Shown: positions 19,895 to 30,032 of the stretch, piece after piece
Numbering within the stretch: position 1 is the stretch's first letter
Layout of the letters: each line of letters opens with the position of its first letter
From: an uncultured Acidimicrobiaceae bacterium
GTDB lineage: Bacteria; Actinomycetota; Acidimicrobiia; Acidimicrobiales; RAAP-2
Direction of reading: 5' to 3'
DNA length: 64,000 nucleotides
NCBI GenBank assembly: GCA_963716515.1
Contig: OY970319.1
Span: forward strand, 2,013,290 to 2,077,289
Notes under the pieces: model-generated
Database searches by the model: none
What the model saw: only the letters and a program-made list of their open reading frames with translations
Told to the model about the DNA's origin: nothing
Position numbers and translations under genes: made by a program

Positions 19895-22399
19895 CTAGGC
19901 GTTGTCGGAGAGGTCTTCGAAGTCGACCGATGGCGGCAGGCCTTCGACGCCTTCGAAGGTCAAGTACGCACCGTCGGGACCCTCGGCGATGTCACCGACG
20001 ATGGTCTGTCCGGCGTGGAACTCCTTGAAGAGGATCTTCTCGCTCAGCGCGTCTTCGACGTACTGCTGCACGGCGCGGCGAAGGGGACGCGCGCCGAGTT
20101 CGGGGTCGTACCCCTTCTCGGCGAGGAAGCCCTGGGCCGCGGCGGAGAGTTCGAGTCCCAAGCCCTGGACGGCCAACTGGTCGCGCAAACGGGCGATGAA
20201 CATGTCGGCGATCAGGATCACCTCTTCGCGGCTCAGCTCGTGGAACACGATGGTGTCGTCGATGCGGTTGAGGAACTCCGGGCGGAAGTGCGCCTTCAGG
20301 GCCGTGTGGACCTTCTCTTTCATCCGCTCGTAGTCCGCCACGTCCGAGGCCTTGCCGAATCCGATGGCCGCCTTTCGCAGGTCGGCGGTGCCGAGGTTCG
20401 AGGTCATGATCAGAATCGTGTTCTTGAAGTCCACGGCCCGACCCTGCGCGTCGGTGAGACGACCGTCTTCGAGGATCTGCAACAGCGTGTTGAAGACGTC
20501 GGGGTGGGCCTTCTCGACCTCGTCGAAGAGCACGACGGAGAAGGGCTTGCGGCGAACGGCCTCGGTGAGCTGACCGCCTTCGTCGTAGCCGATGTAGCCG
20601 GGGGGCGAACCGACCAGGCGGCTCACCGAATGCTTCTCCATGTACTCGGACATGTCGAGCTGGATGAGGGCGTCTTCGTCGTCGAAGAGGAACTCGGCCA
20701 GGGTCTTGGCCAACTCGGTCTTGCCGACGCCCGTCGGTCCGAGGAAGATGAACGAACCGCCGGGGCGCTTCGGGTCCTTCAGGCCGGCGCGCGTCCGGCG
20801 AATGGCGCGGCTAATCGAGATGACGGCCTCTTCTTGGCCGACGATGCGCTTGTGGAGTTCGTCCTCCATGCGCAAGAGCTTGGTGGTCTCCTCTTCGGTG
20901 AGGCGATAGACCGGGATACCGGTCCACACCGCCAGCACCTCGGCGATGGTGTCCTCGTCGACGAGGTCGAAGACCACGCCGCCCGAGGCCTGGATGGTCA
21001 GTTCGAGCTCGTCGCGCTTGGCGATCAGTTCTCGCTCTTGTTCGTCGAGGGCCTTGGCCTGTTCGAGGGCGCCGCTGGCCATCGCGCTCTCTTTGTCGGC
21101 GCGCACGCGCATGATGTCTTCGTCGAACTTCTTCTGCTGCGGGGGCGTGTCCATGCGACGGATGCGCAGGCGACTACCGGCCTCGTCGATGAGGTCGATC
21201 GCCTTGTCGGGCAGGAATCGGTCCGAGATGTAGCGATCGGCCAAGTTCGCCGCGGCGATCAACGCCTGGTCGGTGATCTTGACGGCGTGGAACTCTTCGT
21301 AGACCTCGCGCAGCCCCTTCAAGATGTCGATGGTCATGGCGACCGACGGCTGCTCGACCTTGACCGGCTGGAAGCGGCGCTCGAGCGCGGCGTCCTTTTC
21401 GATGTGCTTTCGATACTCGTCGATCGTGGTCGCGCCGATGGTCTGGAGTTCACCGCGCGCCAACATCGGCTTCAGGATCGACGCGGCGTCGATGGCGCCC
21501 TCGGCGGCCCCGGCGCCGACGAGGGTGTGAATCTCGTCGATGAACAAGATGATGTCGCCGCGCGTGCGGATCTCCTTCAGGACCTTCTTCAGACGCTCTT
21601 CGAAGTCACCGCGGTAGCGGCTACCGGCGACGAGCGCGCCGAGGTCGAGGGTGTAGAGCTGCTTGTCGGCCAGAGTGACCGGCACCTGGTTGGCGACGAT
21701 CTTCTGGGCCAGGCCCTCGACGATCGCGGTCTTGCCGACGCCGGGCTCGCCAATCAACACCGGGTTGTTCTTGGTGCGACGTGACAGCACCTGCATCACG
21801 CGCTCGACTTCCTTCTCTCGTCCCACGAGCGGGTCGAGCTTACCCTCGCGGGCGAACTGGGTGAGGTTGCGACCGAACTGATCGAGCACGGCCGAACCGC
21901 CCGCGCCCTCGGGGTCACTCTTTTGGCTACCGGACGAGCTCTGGCCGCCGGTCTCCTTGCCGGCCTGACCGGACATCATCTGGATTACCTGGGTGCGCAC
22001 GCGCGCCATGTCGGCCCCGAGGTCCGAGAGGACCTGGGCCGCCACGCCGTCGCCTTCGCGCACCAAGCCGAGGAGCATGTGCTCGGTGCCGATGTAGGAG
22101 TGGCCGAGCTGCAGGGCTTCGCGCAGGGACAGTTCGAGGACCTTCTTCGCGCGCGGCGTGAAGGGCGGCGAGCCGGGCGAAGGATTGGTGTTGGCCCCAA
22201 TGGCCTCTTCCACCTTCTCGCGCACGACGTCGAAGGTGACCCCCAGGGCGTCCAGCGCCTTGGCCGCAACGCCCTCGCCCTCGCGGATCAGTCCGAGCAG
22301 GATGTGCTCGGTGCCGATGAACGCGTGGTTGAGGTCACGTGCTTCTTCCTGCGCGAGCACGAGTACTCGGCGGGCACGGTCAGTAAATCGTTCGAACAA
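19895..22399 (-). CDS. clpC: ATP-dependent Clp protease ATP-binding subunit ClpC
   Basis: [12 protein letters not shown], two Clp-N repeats, GEPGVGKT and GPTGVGKT Walker A motifs. Confidence 0.99.
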   Translation of the reverse strand: MFERFTDRARRVLVLAQEEARDLNHAFIGTEHILLGLIREGEGVAAKALDALGVTFDVVREKVEEAIGANTNPSPGSPPFTPRAKKVLELSLREALQLGHSYIGTEHMLLGLVREGDGVAAQVLSDLGADMARVRTQVIQMMSGQAGKETGGQSSSGSQKSDPEGAGGSAVLDQFGRNLTQFAREGKLDPLVGREKEVERVMQVLSRRTKNNPVLIGEPGVGKTAIVEGLAQKIVANQVPVTLADKQLYTLDLGALVAGSRYRGDFEERLKKVLKEIRTRGDIILFIDEIHTLVGAGAAEGAIDAASILKPMLARGELQTIGATTIDEYRKHIEKDAALERRFQPVKVEQPSVAMTIDILKGLREVYEEFHAVKITDQALIAAANLADRYISDRFLPDKAIDLIDEAGSRLRIRRMDTPPQQKKFDEDIMRVRADKESAMASGALEQAKALDEQERELIAKRDELELTIQASGGVVFDLVDEDTIAEVLAVWTGIPVYRLTEEETTKLLRMEDELHKRIVGQEEAVISISRAIRRTRAGLKDPKRPGGSFIFLGPTGVGKTELAKTLAEFLFDDEDALIQLDMSEYMEKHSVSRLVGSPPGYIGYDEGGQLTEAVRRKPFSVVLFDEVEKAHPDVFNTLLQILEDGRLTDAQGRAVDFKNTILIMTSNLGTADLRKAAIGFGKASDVADYERMKEKVHTALKAHFRPEFLNRIDDTIVFHELSREEVILIADMFIARLRDQLAVQGLGLELSAAAQGFLAEKGYDPELGARPLRRAVQQYVEDALSEKILFKEFHAGQTIVGDIAEGPDGAYLTFEGVEGLPPSVDFEDLSDNA

Positions 22400-22511
22400 T
22401 TGTCATCCTTTGTGCGTCAATACATAAAAGTGTACCGGTGAGGTGTGGCAGTTACGCCCCACCCCTCGGACCACAGAGAATGGCCAACGGACCCTCAATT
22501 AGTGTGGGAAC

Positions 22512-23489
22512 GTGAACCCTCACGAGCGACTGCGGCTGATATCGGTCGAACGCGACCTCACGAGTCTGGAGACTCTACTCGCCGAATCGGTCATCTTCGG
22601 CGACCCGTACCTCGATTCGGTCACCACGCACCTCATTTACGCCGGGGGGAAGCGCCTGCGCCCCCTGCTGGCGGTCGCCTCGGCGACCAGCGGCGAGCGC
22701 GCCGGTACCCCGCAAGACCTCCTCGGCGGCGTGGCCCTCGAGTTGATGCACCTCGCCTCGCTGTACCACGACGACGTCATGGACGAGGCGGAAGTGCGCC
22801 GCAACGTCGACAGCGTCAACGCGCGCTACGGCAATCTCATCGCCATCGTGGCCGGTGACTACTTGATGGCCCGTTCGGCCGCGATCGCGGCCGACCTCGG
22901 CACCGACGTCGCGGGACTGTTGGCGCGAACCCTGGCGGCGTTGACCCGGGGCCAGATCTCCGAGGTGCGCACGGCCTTTTCGGTCGAGCGCACCGAAGAG
23001 GACTATTTCGCGGCCATCGAGGGAAAGACCGCGGCCCTGATGGCGTCGAGTTGTCACGTGGGGGCGCTCACGGCGCGCCTACCGGTCGACGAGCGAGTGG
23101 CCCTGACCGAATTCGGCCGCTGTTTCGGCATGATCTATCAGTTGCGCGACGACATCTTGGACGTCATCGCCACGGAGAACGAGCTAGGCAAACCGGCCGG
23201 CCAAGACCTGGCCGAGGGGATCTATAACCTGCCCACGATCTTCGCGTTGCGCGACGCCCGGGTGGGCGAAGAACTGCGCGGGGTCCTCGGGGCGATCCTG
23301 GATGACGAAGACCGCGAACGCGCGCGCAAGCTGGTCGTCTCCACCGACGGCATCGAGCGCACCATCGCGTCGGCCCAGACCTACCTCGCCCAGGCGCACG
23401 TCACGTTGAAGAGCGTACCGAGCGTGGCCTTGCGCGACGGCTTCTCGTCGCTGATCGAGTCACTGCTCGAGGACCTGCCGAGTTACTAG
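22512..23489 (+). CDS. Polyprenyl diphosphate synthase (HepT/IdsA family)
   Basis: GGKRLRP, HDDVMDEAEVRR, GKTA, QLRDDILD, GKPAGQDL. Confidence 0.93.
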   Translation: MNPHERLRLISVERDLTSLETLLAESVIFGDPYLDSVTTHLIYAGGKRLRPLLAVASATSGERAGTPQDLLGGVALELMHLASLYHDDVMDEAEVRRNVDSVNARYGNLIAIVAGDYLMARSAAIAADLGTDVAGLLARTLAALTRGQISEVRTAFSVERTEEDYFAAIEGKTAALMASSCHVGALTARLPVDERVALTEFGRCFGMIYQLRDDILDVIATENELGKPAGQDLAEGIYNLPTIFALRDARVGEELRGVLGAILDDEDRERARKLVVSTDGIERTIASAQTYLAQAHVTLKSVPSVALRDGFSSLIESLLEDLPSY

Positions 23490-24889
23490 TCGGCCAGGGG
23501 CTTGAGCGTCGGAAAGGCGATCACCTCGCGGATGTTCGACTCGTCGGCGATCAGCATGGCCAGTCGGTCGATGCCGAGACCGAGACCGGCGGTGGGCGGT
23601 AGTCCCCACTCCAGCGCTTTGATGTAGTCCTCGTCGATGTGCATCGTCTCCGGTTCACCCTCGGCGGCCAGTCGGGCCTGATCCTCGAAGCGGGCGCGCT
23701 GATCCAGCGGGTCGACCAGTTCGGAGAACCCGTTGGAGAGTTCGCGTCCGACGGCGTAGGACTCGAAGCGCTCGACGAGGTCGGGGTCGCTCTGGTGGCG
23801 TCGCGCCAGCGGCGAGATCTCGACCGGAAAGTCCGTCACGAAGATCGGATTCCACAGGGACGTCTCGCAGGTGACCTCGAACAGTTCGGCCAGGCACCGT
23901 CCGGCGCCCCAGGCGCGGTGCACGTCGACGCCGCGGTCACGGAGCATCGTCGCGAGATGTTCGCGCGGCGTGTGGACCGAGACGTCCTCCCCGACCGCTT
24001 CGCTGGCCAGTTCGGCCATGGTGCGACGGGGCCAGGGCGTGGCGAAGGAGAAGGGCCGGCCCTGGTACTCGACTTCGGTGGTGCCCAGCACGTCCATGGC
24101 CACGCCCGCGGTCAACTCCTCGGTGAAGTTCATCATGTCCTCGTAGTTCCAGTAGGCCGCGTAGATCTCGAGCATCGTGAACTCGGGGTTATGGCGCGGA
24201 CTGACGCCCTCGTTGCGAAAGACCCGCCCAATCTCGAAGACGCGTTCGAACCCGCCGACCACCAGACGCTTCAACCACAGCTCGGGGGCGATGCGCAGGA
24301 AGAAGTCCGTGTCGAGGGCGTTGTGGTGGGTGGCGAACGGTCGCGCGTCAGATCCCGACGCGATCGCGTTCAAGATCGGCGTCTCGACCTCCATGAAGTC
24401 GGCCGCCCAGCACCGCTCGCGCACCGCGCGCATCACGTCGTTGCGACGTTTGATCGTCGTGCGCGACATCGGATTGGCCCAGAGGTCGGCCTCGCGATGG
24501 CGATAGCGCAGATCGAAGTCGGCGATGCCGGCCCACTTGTCCCCGAAGTTGCGCTGGGCGGTCGCCAAGGTCACCCACGTCGCCACCTTGACCGACAGCT
24601 CGCCGCGCTTGGTGCGCACCACCTCGCCGCCCACGCCCACCCAGTCCCCCAAGTGGAGCTTCGTGAACTCGTCGAAGTCCGAGGTCACGGACTCCAGGGC
24701 GAAGAGTTGGATCTCCCCGCTGGAGTCGCGCATGGTGGCGAACGCCAACTTTCCCTGGCGACGAAGGAGCATCAGGCGTCCCGCAACGTTGACCGAATCG
24801 CCCGACTCCTCGCCGTCGGCGAGGTGGTCGTAGCTGCTCTGAAGCGCCGCGGCGAACGCGTTGTGAGCAAATGAGTACGGCACAGTCAC
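23486..24889 (-). CDS. lysS: Lysine--tRNA ligase (class II)
   Basis: OB fold, RYRHRE.DL, LRIAPELWLKRL, FRNEG..PRHNPEFT, PPTAGLGLGIDRL. Confidence 0.98.
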   Translation of the reverse strand: MTVPYSFAHNAFAAALQSSYDHLADGEESGDSVNVAGRLMLLRRQGKLAFATMRDSSGEIQLFALESVTSDFDEFTKLHLGDWVGVGGEVVRTKRGELSVKVATWVTLATAQRNFGDKWAGIADFDLRYRHREADLWANPMSRTTIKRRNDVMRAVRERCWAADFMEVETPILNAIASGSDARPFATHHNALDTDFFLRIAPELWLKRLVVGGFERVFEIGRVFRNEGVSPRHNPEFTMLEIYAAYWNYEDMMNFTEELTAGVAMDVLGTTEVEYQGRPFSFATPWPRRTMAELASEAVGEDVSVHTPREHLATMLRDRGVDVHRAWGAGRCLAELFEVTCETSLWNPIFVTDFPVEISPLARRHQSDPDLVERFESYAVGRELSNGFSELVDPLDQRARFEDQARLAAEGEPETMHIDEDYIKALEWGLPPTAGLGLGIDRLAMLIADESNIREVIAFPTLKPLAD

Positions 24890-24891
24890 GA

Positions 24892-25722
24892 TTACTCTCC
24901 CGAATGATTCCGTTCATGCACGATACGCAATCCGTGGAGGGTAAGCCAGGGTTCGACGTGTTGCACGTGCTTGGTGTGCGGCGCGATGAGGCCGGCCAGG
25001 CCGCCGGTCGCGATCACGGTCGCCTCGCCCAGCTCCTCGAGGATCCGTTCCACCATGCCGTCGACTTGGGCGGCGAAGCCGTAGAGCACACCGGACTGGA
25101 TCGATTCGATCATCGAGCGGCCGATGACCGAGCGGGGACGCACCAGCTCCACCGAGCGCAGCGCCGCGGCGTGCGAGTAGAGCGCGTCGAGGGAGATGGC
25201 CACGCCCGGGGAGATGGCCCCGCCCAGGTACTCACCCTTCGCACTGATCACGTCAAAGACCGTCGCGGTCCCGAGGTCCACCACGATCGAGGCCCCGGGG
25301 TAGAGGTCGTAGGCGCCGACGGCGTTGGCGATGCGGTCCGGTCCGACCTCGCGGGGATTGTCGTAGAGAATCGGCATGCCCGATTTGGTCCCCGGGCCGA
25401 TCACCGTGAAGTCGAGCGCCGAGAACCAACGGTTGGCCATGCGACGCAGTTGGGTGTTTGCCATCGGCGACGACGAGGAGATGGCGATCGCCGTCACCGC
25501 CGTACGAAGGTCCAAGCCTTCGAGGTCGAGCAGTTGGGTGAGCACCATCGCGTGTTCGTCGGGTGTGCGATCGGCGACCGTCGAGATCCGCCAGTGAAAC
25601 GCCAGCCCCCGTTCGTCGGTGGCGCGCGCGAAGCCCATCGCGTCCGGGGTTTCCGGCGTCTCCGGTCCGAAGAGACCGATGACGGTCTCGGTGTTACCCA
25701 CGTCCATGGCCAGCAGCATCAC
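24892..25722 (-). CDS. coaX: Type III pantothenate kinase
   Basis: DVGNTETVIG, VGPDR.AN, VDLGTATVFD, GGAISPG, ATGG. Confidence 0.96.
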   Translation of the reverse strand: MMLLAMDVGNTETVIGLFGPETPETPDAMGFARATDERGLAFHWRISTVADRTPDEHAMVLTQLLDLEGLDLRTAVTAIAISSSSPMANTQLRRMANRWFSALDFTVIGPGTKSGMPILYDNPREVGPDRIANAVGAYDLYPGASIVVDLGTATVFDVISAKGEYLGGAISPGVAISLDALYSHAAALRSVELVRPRSVIGRSMIESIQSGVLYGFAAQVDGMVERILEELGEATVIATGGLAGLIAPHTKHVQHVEPWLTLHGLRIVHERNHSGE

Positions 25723-26573
25723 TGTTCTCCTTTGAGGACGACCGGTCCGTTGTCAATGAGTCGCACGCCGTCCACCCTCGCCGCGACGAGCGCTCGGGCC
25801 TCACCCGAGTCGCCGTCATCGCACGACGCGAAGGTCACGGGGTTGACGACCTCGGCGTAGACCACGTCGAGGTCGTCGCCCTCGAGCACCTCGCGAAGAC
25901 GGCGTCGGTGCTCGGACGCGGGAGCCGGCGCCTCGGCCACGGCCGCCACGGCCCGAGACAGCGCGAGGGCACGACGGCGCGCGACGTCACCTAGTTGGAC
26001 GTTGCGGCTCGAGAGCGCCAGTCCGTCCGCGTCGCGCACGATCGCGCACCCGACGACCTCGACGTCGAAGGAGAGGTCGGACACCATCTGGCGGATAACC
26101 GCCAGCTGTTGGAAATCCTTCTCGCCGAAGTAGACCCGACACGGTCCGGTCACGACCAACAGTTTCGCCACGACGCTCGCCACGCCGTCGAGGTGTCCCG
26201 GTCGCGCGGCGCCCTCGAGGACGTCGCTCAGTCCCCGCACCGACACCGTGGTGGGCGTGGGATCCGGATAGGCGGGCCACATCGCGGCGAGGGTCGGTTC
26301 GACGAGACAGTCGACGCCGTGGGCCTCGGCGAGGGCCCGATCGATCTCGGGCGTGTGCGGATAGCGTTCGAGGTCGCCCGGGTCATCGAACTGTCGCGGA
26401 TTCACGAACATCGTCGCGATCACGACGTCGCCACGTTCCCTGGCCGCATCGAAGAGTGACGTGTGGCCCGCGTGCAGCGCACCCATCGTGGGTACCAGGC
26501 CCACGCGCCGGCCGGCTCGTCGCTGGGCCTCGGCGAAGGAGCGCCACTCCTCCACCGCGCTGATCAAGCGCAT
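25719..26573 (-). CDS. panC: Pantoate--beta-alanine ligase
   Basis: VPTMGALHAGH, FVNPRQF, GEKDFQQL, ALSSRN, RLIDN. Confidence 0.97.
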   Translation of the reverse strand: MRLISAVEEWRSFAEAQRRAGRRVGLVPTMGALHAGHTSLFDAARERGDVVIATMFVNPRQFDDPGDLERYPHTPEIDRALAEAHGVDCLVEPTLAAMWPAYPDPTPTTVSVRGLSDVLEGAARPGHLDGVASVVAKLLVVTGPCRVYFGEKDFQQLAVIRQMVSDLSFDVEVVGCAIVRDADGLALSSRNVQLGDVARRRALALSRAVAAVAEAPAPASEHRRRLREVLEGDDLDVVYAEVVNPVTFASCDDGDSGEARALVAARVDGVRLIDNGPVVLKGEQ

Positions 26574-27289
26574 CAGGCCGGCGTTTGTGAGCGGCGCAGT
26601 TCTGAGAGTTCGAAGGCGGCGTTGGCGAGCGCCACGTAGGTCGAGCGTTCCGATTCCGGAATCGCCGCCAGGTGCGCGTCGATCGTCGCCATGTCACCCC
26701 TCGAGGCCGGTCCCGTCAAGGCGTCGTCCGGCCCGAAGCGCGCGACGTCGACCAGCGACTGTTGCGCCAACGGCAAAAAGTCCTCCAGCGTGAGTCCGAT
26801 CGATTCGGCGAGCGTTCGGACCTGACCCATCAGCGCCACCAGATGATTCGACGCGACCACCGCGGCGGCGTGATAGATCGTGCGCTGATCGTCGCGCAAG
26901 GTGATGACGCGTCCGGCCAACGACAGCGCCACCGATCGCATCAGATCATCGCCGGCCACGCAGTACGTGGCACCGATGAGTCGATCGGCCTCACTCCCCG
27001 ACGGCAACGCCATCAGGGGATGTAGTGACCCGACCCGAGGATGCGGGGCGAGGACGTCAAGGTTCCGCGAGCCGGCGACGTGGGCCACCACGCGATCGTC
27101 GCGAGGAGGGATCGTCGCGGCGACGCTCGCAATGGCGTCGTCGGGCACGCACAGGATGATCAGCGCCGAGCTAGAGAGCGACGACACGTCCTCGTGATGG
27201 ATCACTTCCACCTGGTGGCCCGCGCGTTCCAGAGCGGTCGCGAAGGACGAGCCCGCTCGACCGGCTCCCACAATTGAGATATTCATCAC
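26573..27289 (-). CDS. Rossmann-like/DUF2520 oxidoreductase (PanG-like ketopantoate reductase candidate)
   Basis: IVGAGRAG, LCVPDDAI, HVAGS, LHPLM, YHAAAVVASN, LTGP.SRGD; adjacent to panC. Confidence 0.88.
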   Translation of the reverse strand: MMNISIVGAGRAGSSFATALERAGHQVEVIHHEDVSSLSSSALIILCVPDDAIASVAATIPPRDDRVVAHVAGSRNLDVLAPHPRVGSLHPLMALPSGSEADRLIGATYCVAGDDLMRSVALSLAGRVITLRDDQRTIYHAAAVVASNHLVALMGQVRTLAESIGLTLEDFLPLAQQSLVDVARFGPDDALTGPASRGDMATIDAHLAAIPESERSTYVALANAAFELSELRRSQTPA

Positions 27290-27331
27290 TGCTCCTGTCC
27301 GTTCCAGCCCCTCGCGGGTGCCGTTCGGTAA

Positions 27332-27799
27332 TTAGCGCAACGATTCGAGTGTACCCAGTCGCGCGACCGCTCCGCCGCCAGCGTCGAGCTCTTCGCGAGT
27401 CACCAACGCCGGGGCCAATTCGTGCAACGGCACCAGCACGAAGGACCGTTCGTACATGCGCGGGTGGGGCAGCGTGAGTTCGGGGTCGTCGCTGCGCTCC
27501 TCGCCCACGAGGAGGACGTCCACGTCGAGGGTGCGCGGCCCCCAGCGCACGTCGCGGACTCGTCCGCGCGCCTCTTCGGCGCGGTGAGCTCGTGCCAACA
27601 ACTCGCGCGCGGTGGCTTCGGTGTCGAGTTCTATCACCAGGTTCCAGTACGGATCTTGGACCACGCCGCCGACCGGTTCGGTCTCGTAAACCGACGAGAC
27701 GCGGTGGACCTCGTTCTCCACCACGTGGTCGACGCCTACGGCCAGGTGTTCGGCCCGATCACCGAGGTTCGAGCCCAACGAGAGGTAGGCCCGGCGCAC
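27332..27799 (-). CDS. folK: 2-amino-4-hydroxy-6-hydroxymethyldihydropteridine diphosphokinase
   Basis: LSLGSNLGDR, SSVYETEP, RWGPRTLDVD, LPHPRMYERSFVL. Confidence 0.97.
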   Translation of the reverse strand: MRRAYLSLGSNLGDRAEHLAVGVDHVVENEVHRVSSVYETEPVGGVVQDPYWNLVIELDTEATARELLARAHRAEEARGRVRDVRWGPRTLDVDVLLVGEERSDDPELTLPHPRMYERSFVLVPLHELAPALVTREELDAGGGAVARLGTLESLR

Positions 27800-28164
27800 T
27801 ACGGACGTTGCACGGTGCAGCGCACGCCGACCGACGCGACGTCTTCGACGACCGGTGGACGGACCTTGCGCACCGAGACCGTGACCGAGGCGATCTCTTC
27901 GTCGATCGCCAGCACTTCGTAGGCGACGCGGTAGGCCAACGTCTCGAGCAAGAGGTAGCGACCTTCGGTCGCGGTGCGACAGGTGAGGGTCAAGACGTCG
28001 GCGTAGTTCGTGGTCTCGGCGATGTCGTCGTTGATGGCGGCCTCTTCGAAGGGGCGCACCAACTCGAGGTCGAAGACGAGGGGCTGCGCCCGTTCTCGTT
28101 CCTCGGCGAGCACGCCCACGACCGCGCTGCAGCGAAGTTCGCGCAGCTCGATCACGTCGTTCAC
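27799..28164 (-). CDS. folB: Dihydroneopterin aldolase
   Basis: VGVLAEERERAQP, TTNYADV, LLETLA, VRKVRPP; GTG start at 28164 overlaps the upstream stop. Confidence 0.93.
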   Translation of the reverse strand: MNDVIELRELRCSAVVGVLAEERERAQPLVFDLELVRPFEEAAINDDIAETTNYADVLTLTCRTATEGRYLLLETLAYRVAYEVLAIDEEIASVTVSVRKVRPPVVEDVASVGVRCTVQRP

Positions 28165-28661
28165 GCGCTCACCTCGGGCAGGTCGAAGAGCACCGTTCGA
28201 CCGTCGGGACCGATCGAGCGCTTGAAGAGACGCTCCACGTAGGCGATCGAGAGCGGGACGTTGGGGACGCGCTGGCTCCACACCAGGTAGCCGGCGATCA
28301 CCCCCAGCAGTCGATCCGACACCTCGTCACTGTGCAACAGGACCATGGTCTTGTTGGACATCGAATTCGCCAGGTCCAGGTAACAGGCTTCTAGGACCTC
28401 GCGCTGTTGCGGTCCCCCGCGCAGGGCGTAGTGACTCGCCGTGAGGCCGTGTTCGAAGTAGGCGCTGAGGTTCTGCATCACCGGCAGGATCGAGATCACC
28501 CGACCGAAGCCCTGGTGCTTCAGCCAGAGCAACTCTTCGTCGCGTCGAACGCGGCGGTGAACGGTGGTGGAGCCGCCGGGACGCTCGGAAACCGCCAGAA
28601 TCCCTTTGTAGACCCAGGTAAAACTTCGCGGCTCGATACCCGCAGCCCACTTGCCCCTCAC
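28161..28661 (-). CDS. Dual-specificity/PTP-fold protein with catalytic Cys replaced by Ser
   Basis: FTWV...LAVSERPG, WLKHQGF..VISIL, VLLH-SDEVSDR (S-x5-R in place of C-x5-R), then AGYLV; fold assigned by motif spacing only. Confidence 0.65.
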   Translation of the reverse strand: MRGKWAAGIEPRSFTWVYKGILAVSERPGGSTTVHRRVRRDEELLWLKHQGFGRVISILPVMQNLSAYFEHGLTASHYALRGGPQQREVLEACYLDLANSMSNKTMVLLHSDEVSDRLLGVIAGYLVWSQRVPNVPLSIAYVERLFKRSIGPDGRTVLFDLPEVSA

Positions 28662-29458
28662 GCGACCACCTCCTCGACGGGACGGACGAGCAGCTCACGG
28701 AGCTGAACGGCGGCCGTGGCGTCGTGTACTCGTACCATACTGACACCTTGCAAGAAGGCCCACGCCTCGGTGGCGATCGAGCCCTCCAATCGCTGGTCCG
28801 CGTCGAGCCCTTCGCCGCGAAAGTCACCCAGGAATCGCTTGCGACTAGTGCCGATCAAGACCCCGGCGTGGTAGTGGCCGGCGAGGTCCACGAAGTGCGA
28901 CAGGTGGGCCAGCAGCGCAATGTTGTGCTCCGTCGTCTTGCCGAATCCGATGCCCGGATCGAGCCAGAGTGACTTGACGCCCGCTCCATGGGCGCGCTCG
29001 GCCATGTCCGCCAAGAACTCTCCGATCTCGGCGACGACGTCGTCGTAGGTCGGATTCAGTTGCATCGTCGTCGAATCGCCTTGTCGGTGCATGGCCACGT
29101 AGCCCACCGCCAGTTCACCGGCCACGTCGACCAACGTGCTCGACACGTCGTTGAGGAGGCTGGCGCCGGCCGCGATCGCCGCGCGCGCGACCGACTCCTT
29201 TTGCGTATCGACCGAGACCGGCCCGTAGGCGCGTAACTGCTCGATGACCGGCACCACGCGCGCGATCTCTTCGTCGGCCTCGACCGGTGTCGCGCCCGGT
29301 CGCGTCGACTCCCCGCCGACGTCGACGAGGTCACAGCCAGCGTCGAAGTGCGCCCGACCCCGCGCCACGGCGTCGACCGTGGCGAGCGTGCGCGATTCGG
29401 CAAAGAACGAGTCCGGGGTGACGTTGACGATGCCCATGACGCTGGGGCTTAGCGCCAT
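28658..29458 (-). CDS. folP: Dihydropteroate synthase
   Basis: MGIVNVTPDSF, DVGGESTRPG, DPGIGFGKT, GTSRKRF, VRVHD. Confidence 0.97.
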   Translation of the reverse strand: MALSPSVMGIVNVTPDSFFAESRTLATVDAVARGRAHFDAGCDLVDVGGESTRPGATPVEADEEIARVVPVIEQLRAYGPVSVDTQKESVARAAIAAGASLLNDVSSTLVDVAGELAVGYVAMHRQGDSTTMQLNPTYDDVVAEIGEFLADMAERAHGAGVKSLWLDPGIGFGKTTEHNIALLAHLSHFVDLAGHYHAGVLIGTSRKRFLGDFRGEGLDADQRLEGSIATEAWAFLQGVSMVRVHDATAAVQLRELLVRPVEEVVA

Positions 29459-30030
29459 GCCGACCGACGTTGATGGATGAACTGCAACGCCTCGGCGCGA
29501 CTCGCGGCGTCAGTGCGAAACGATCCGCGAACGGCCGAGGTGACGGTGGTCGCGCCGGCCTTCTTCACGCCGCGCATCGACATGCAGAAGTGCTCGGCCT
29601 CGATCACCACGATCGAGCCGCGGGGTTGCAGCTCGCGTTCCATCGCTTCGACGATCTCGGTGGTCATGCGCTCTTGGACCTGCAAGCGGCGCGCGTAACC
29701 CTCGACCATTCGCGCCAACTTCGATAGTCCGGTGATGTGGCCCTCGGGACCGGGCAGGTACGCCACGTGCGCGAAACCGACGAAGGGCACGAGGTGGTGC
29801 TCGCAGAGCGAGGTGAAAGCGATGTCGCGAACCATCACCATTTCGTCGTGACCGGCCTCGAAGGTCACGCGAAGGTGTTCGCCGGGATCGGCTTCGATCC
29901 CTTCGAAGAGCTCAACGTACATCTCGGCCACTCGTCGCGGCGTCTCCAAGAGACCCGTGCGGGTGGGATCCTCCCCGATCGCATCGAGCAGCTCGCGCAC
30001 GAGACGCTGCACGCGCGCCTGATCGACCAC
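29449..30030 (-). CDS. folE: GTP cyclohydrolase I
   Basis: GLLETPRRVA, SLCEHHLVPF, GLSKLAR, QVQERMT, HFCMSMRGV. Confidence 0.98.
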   Translation of the reverse strand: MVDQARVQRLVRELLDAIGEDPTRTGLLETPRRVAEMYVELFEGIEADPGEHLRVTFEAGHDEMVMVRDIAFTSLCEHHLVPFVGFAHVAYLPGPEGHITGLSKLARMVEGYARRLQVQERMTTEIVEAMERELQPRGSIVVIEAEHFCMSMRGVKKAGATTVTSAVRGSFRTDAASRAEALQFIHQRRSAWR

Positions 30031-30032
30031 GT

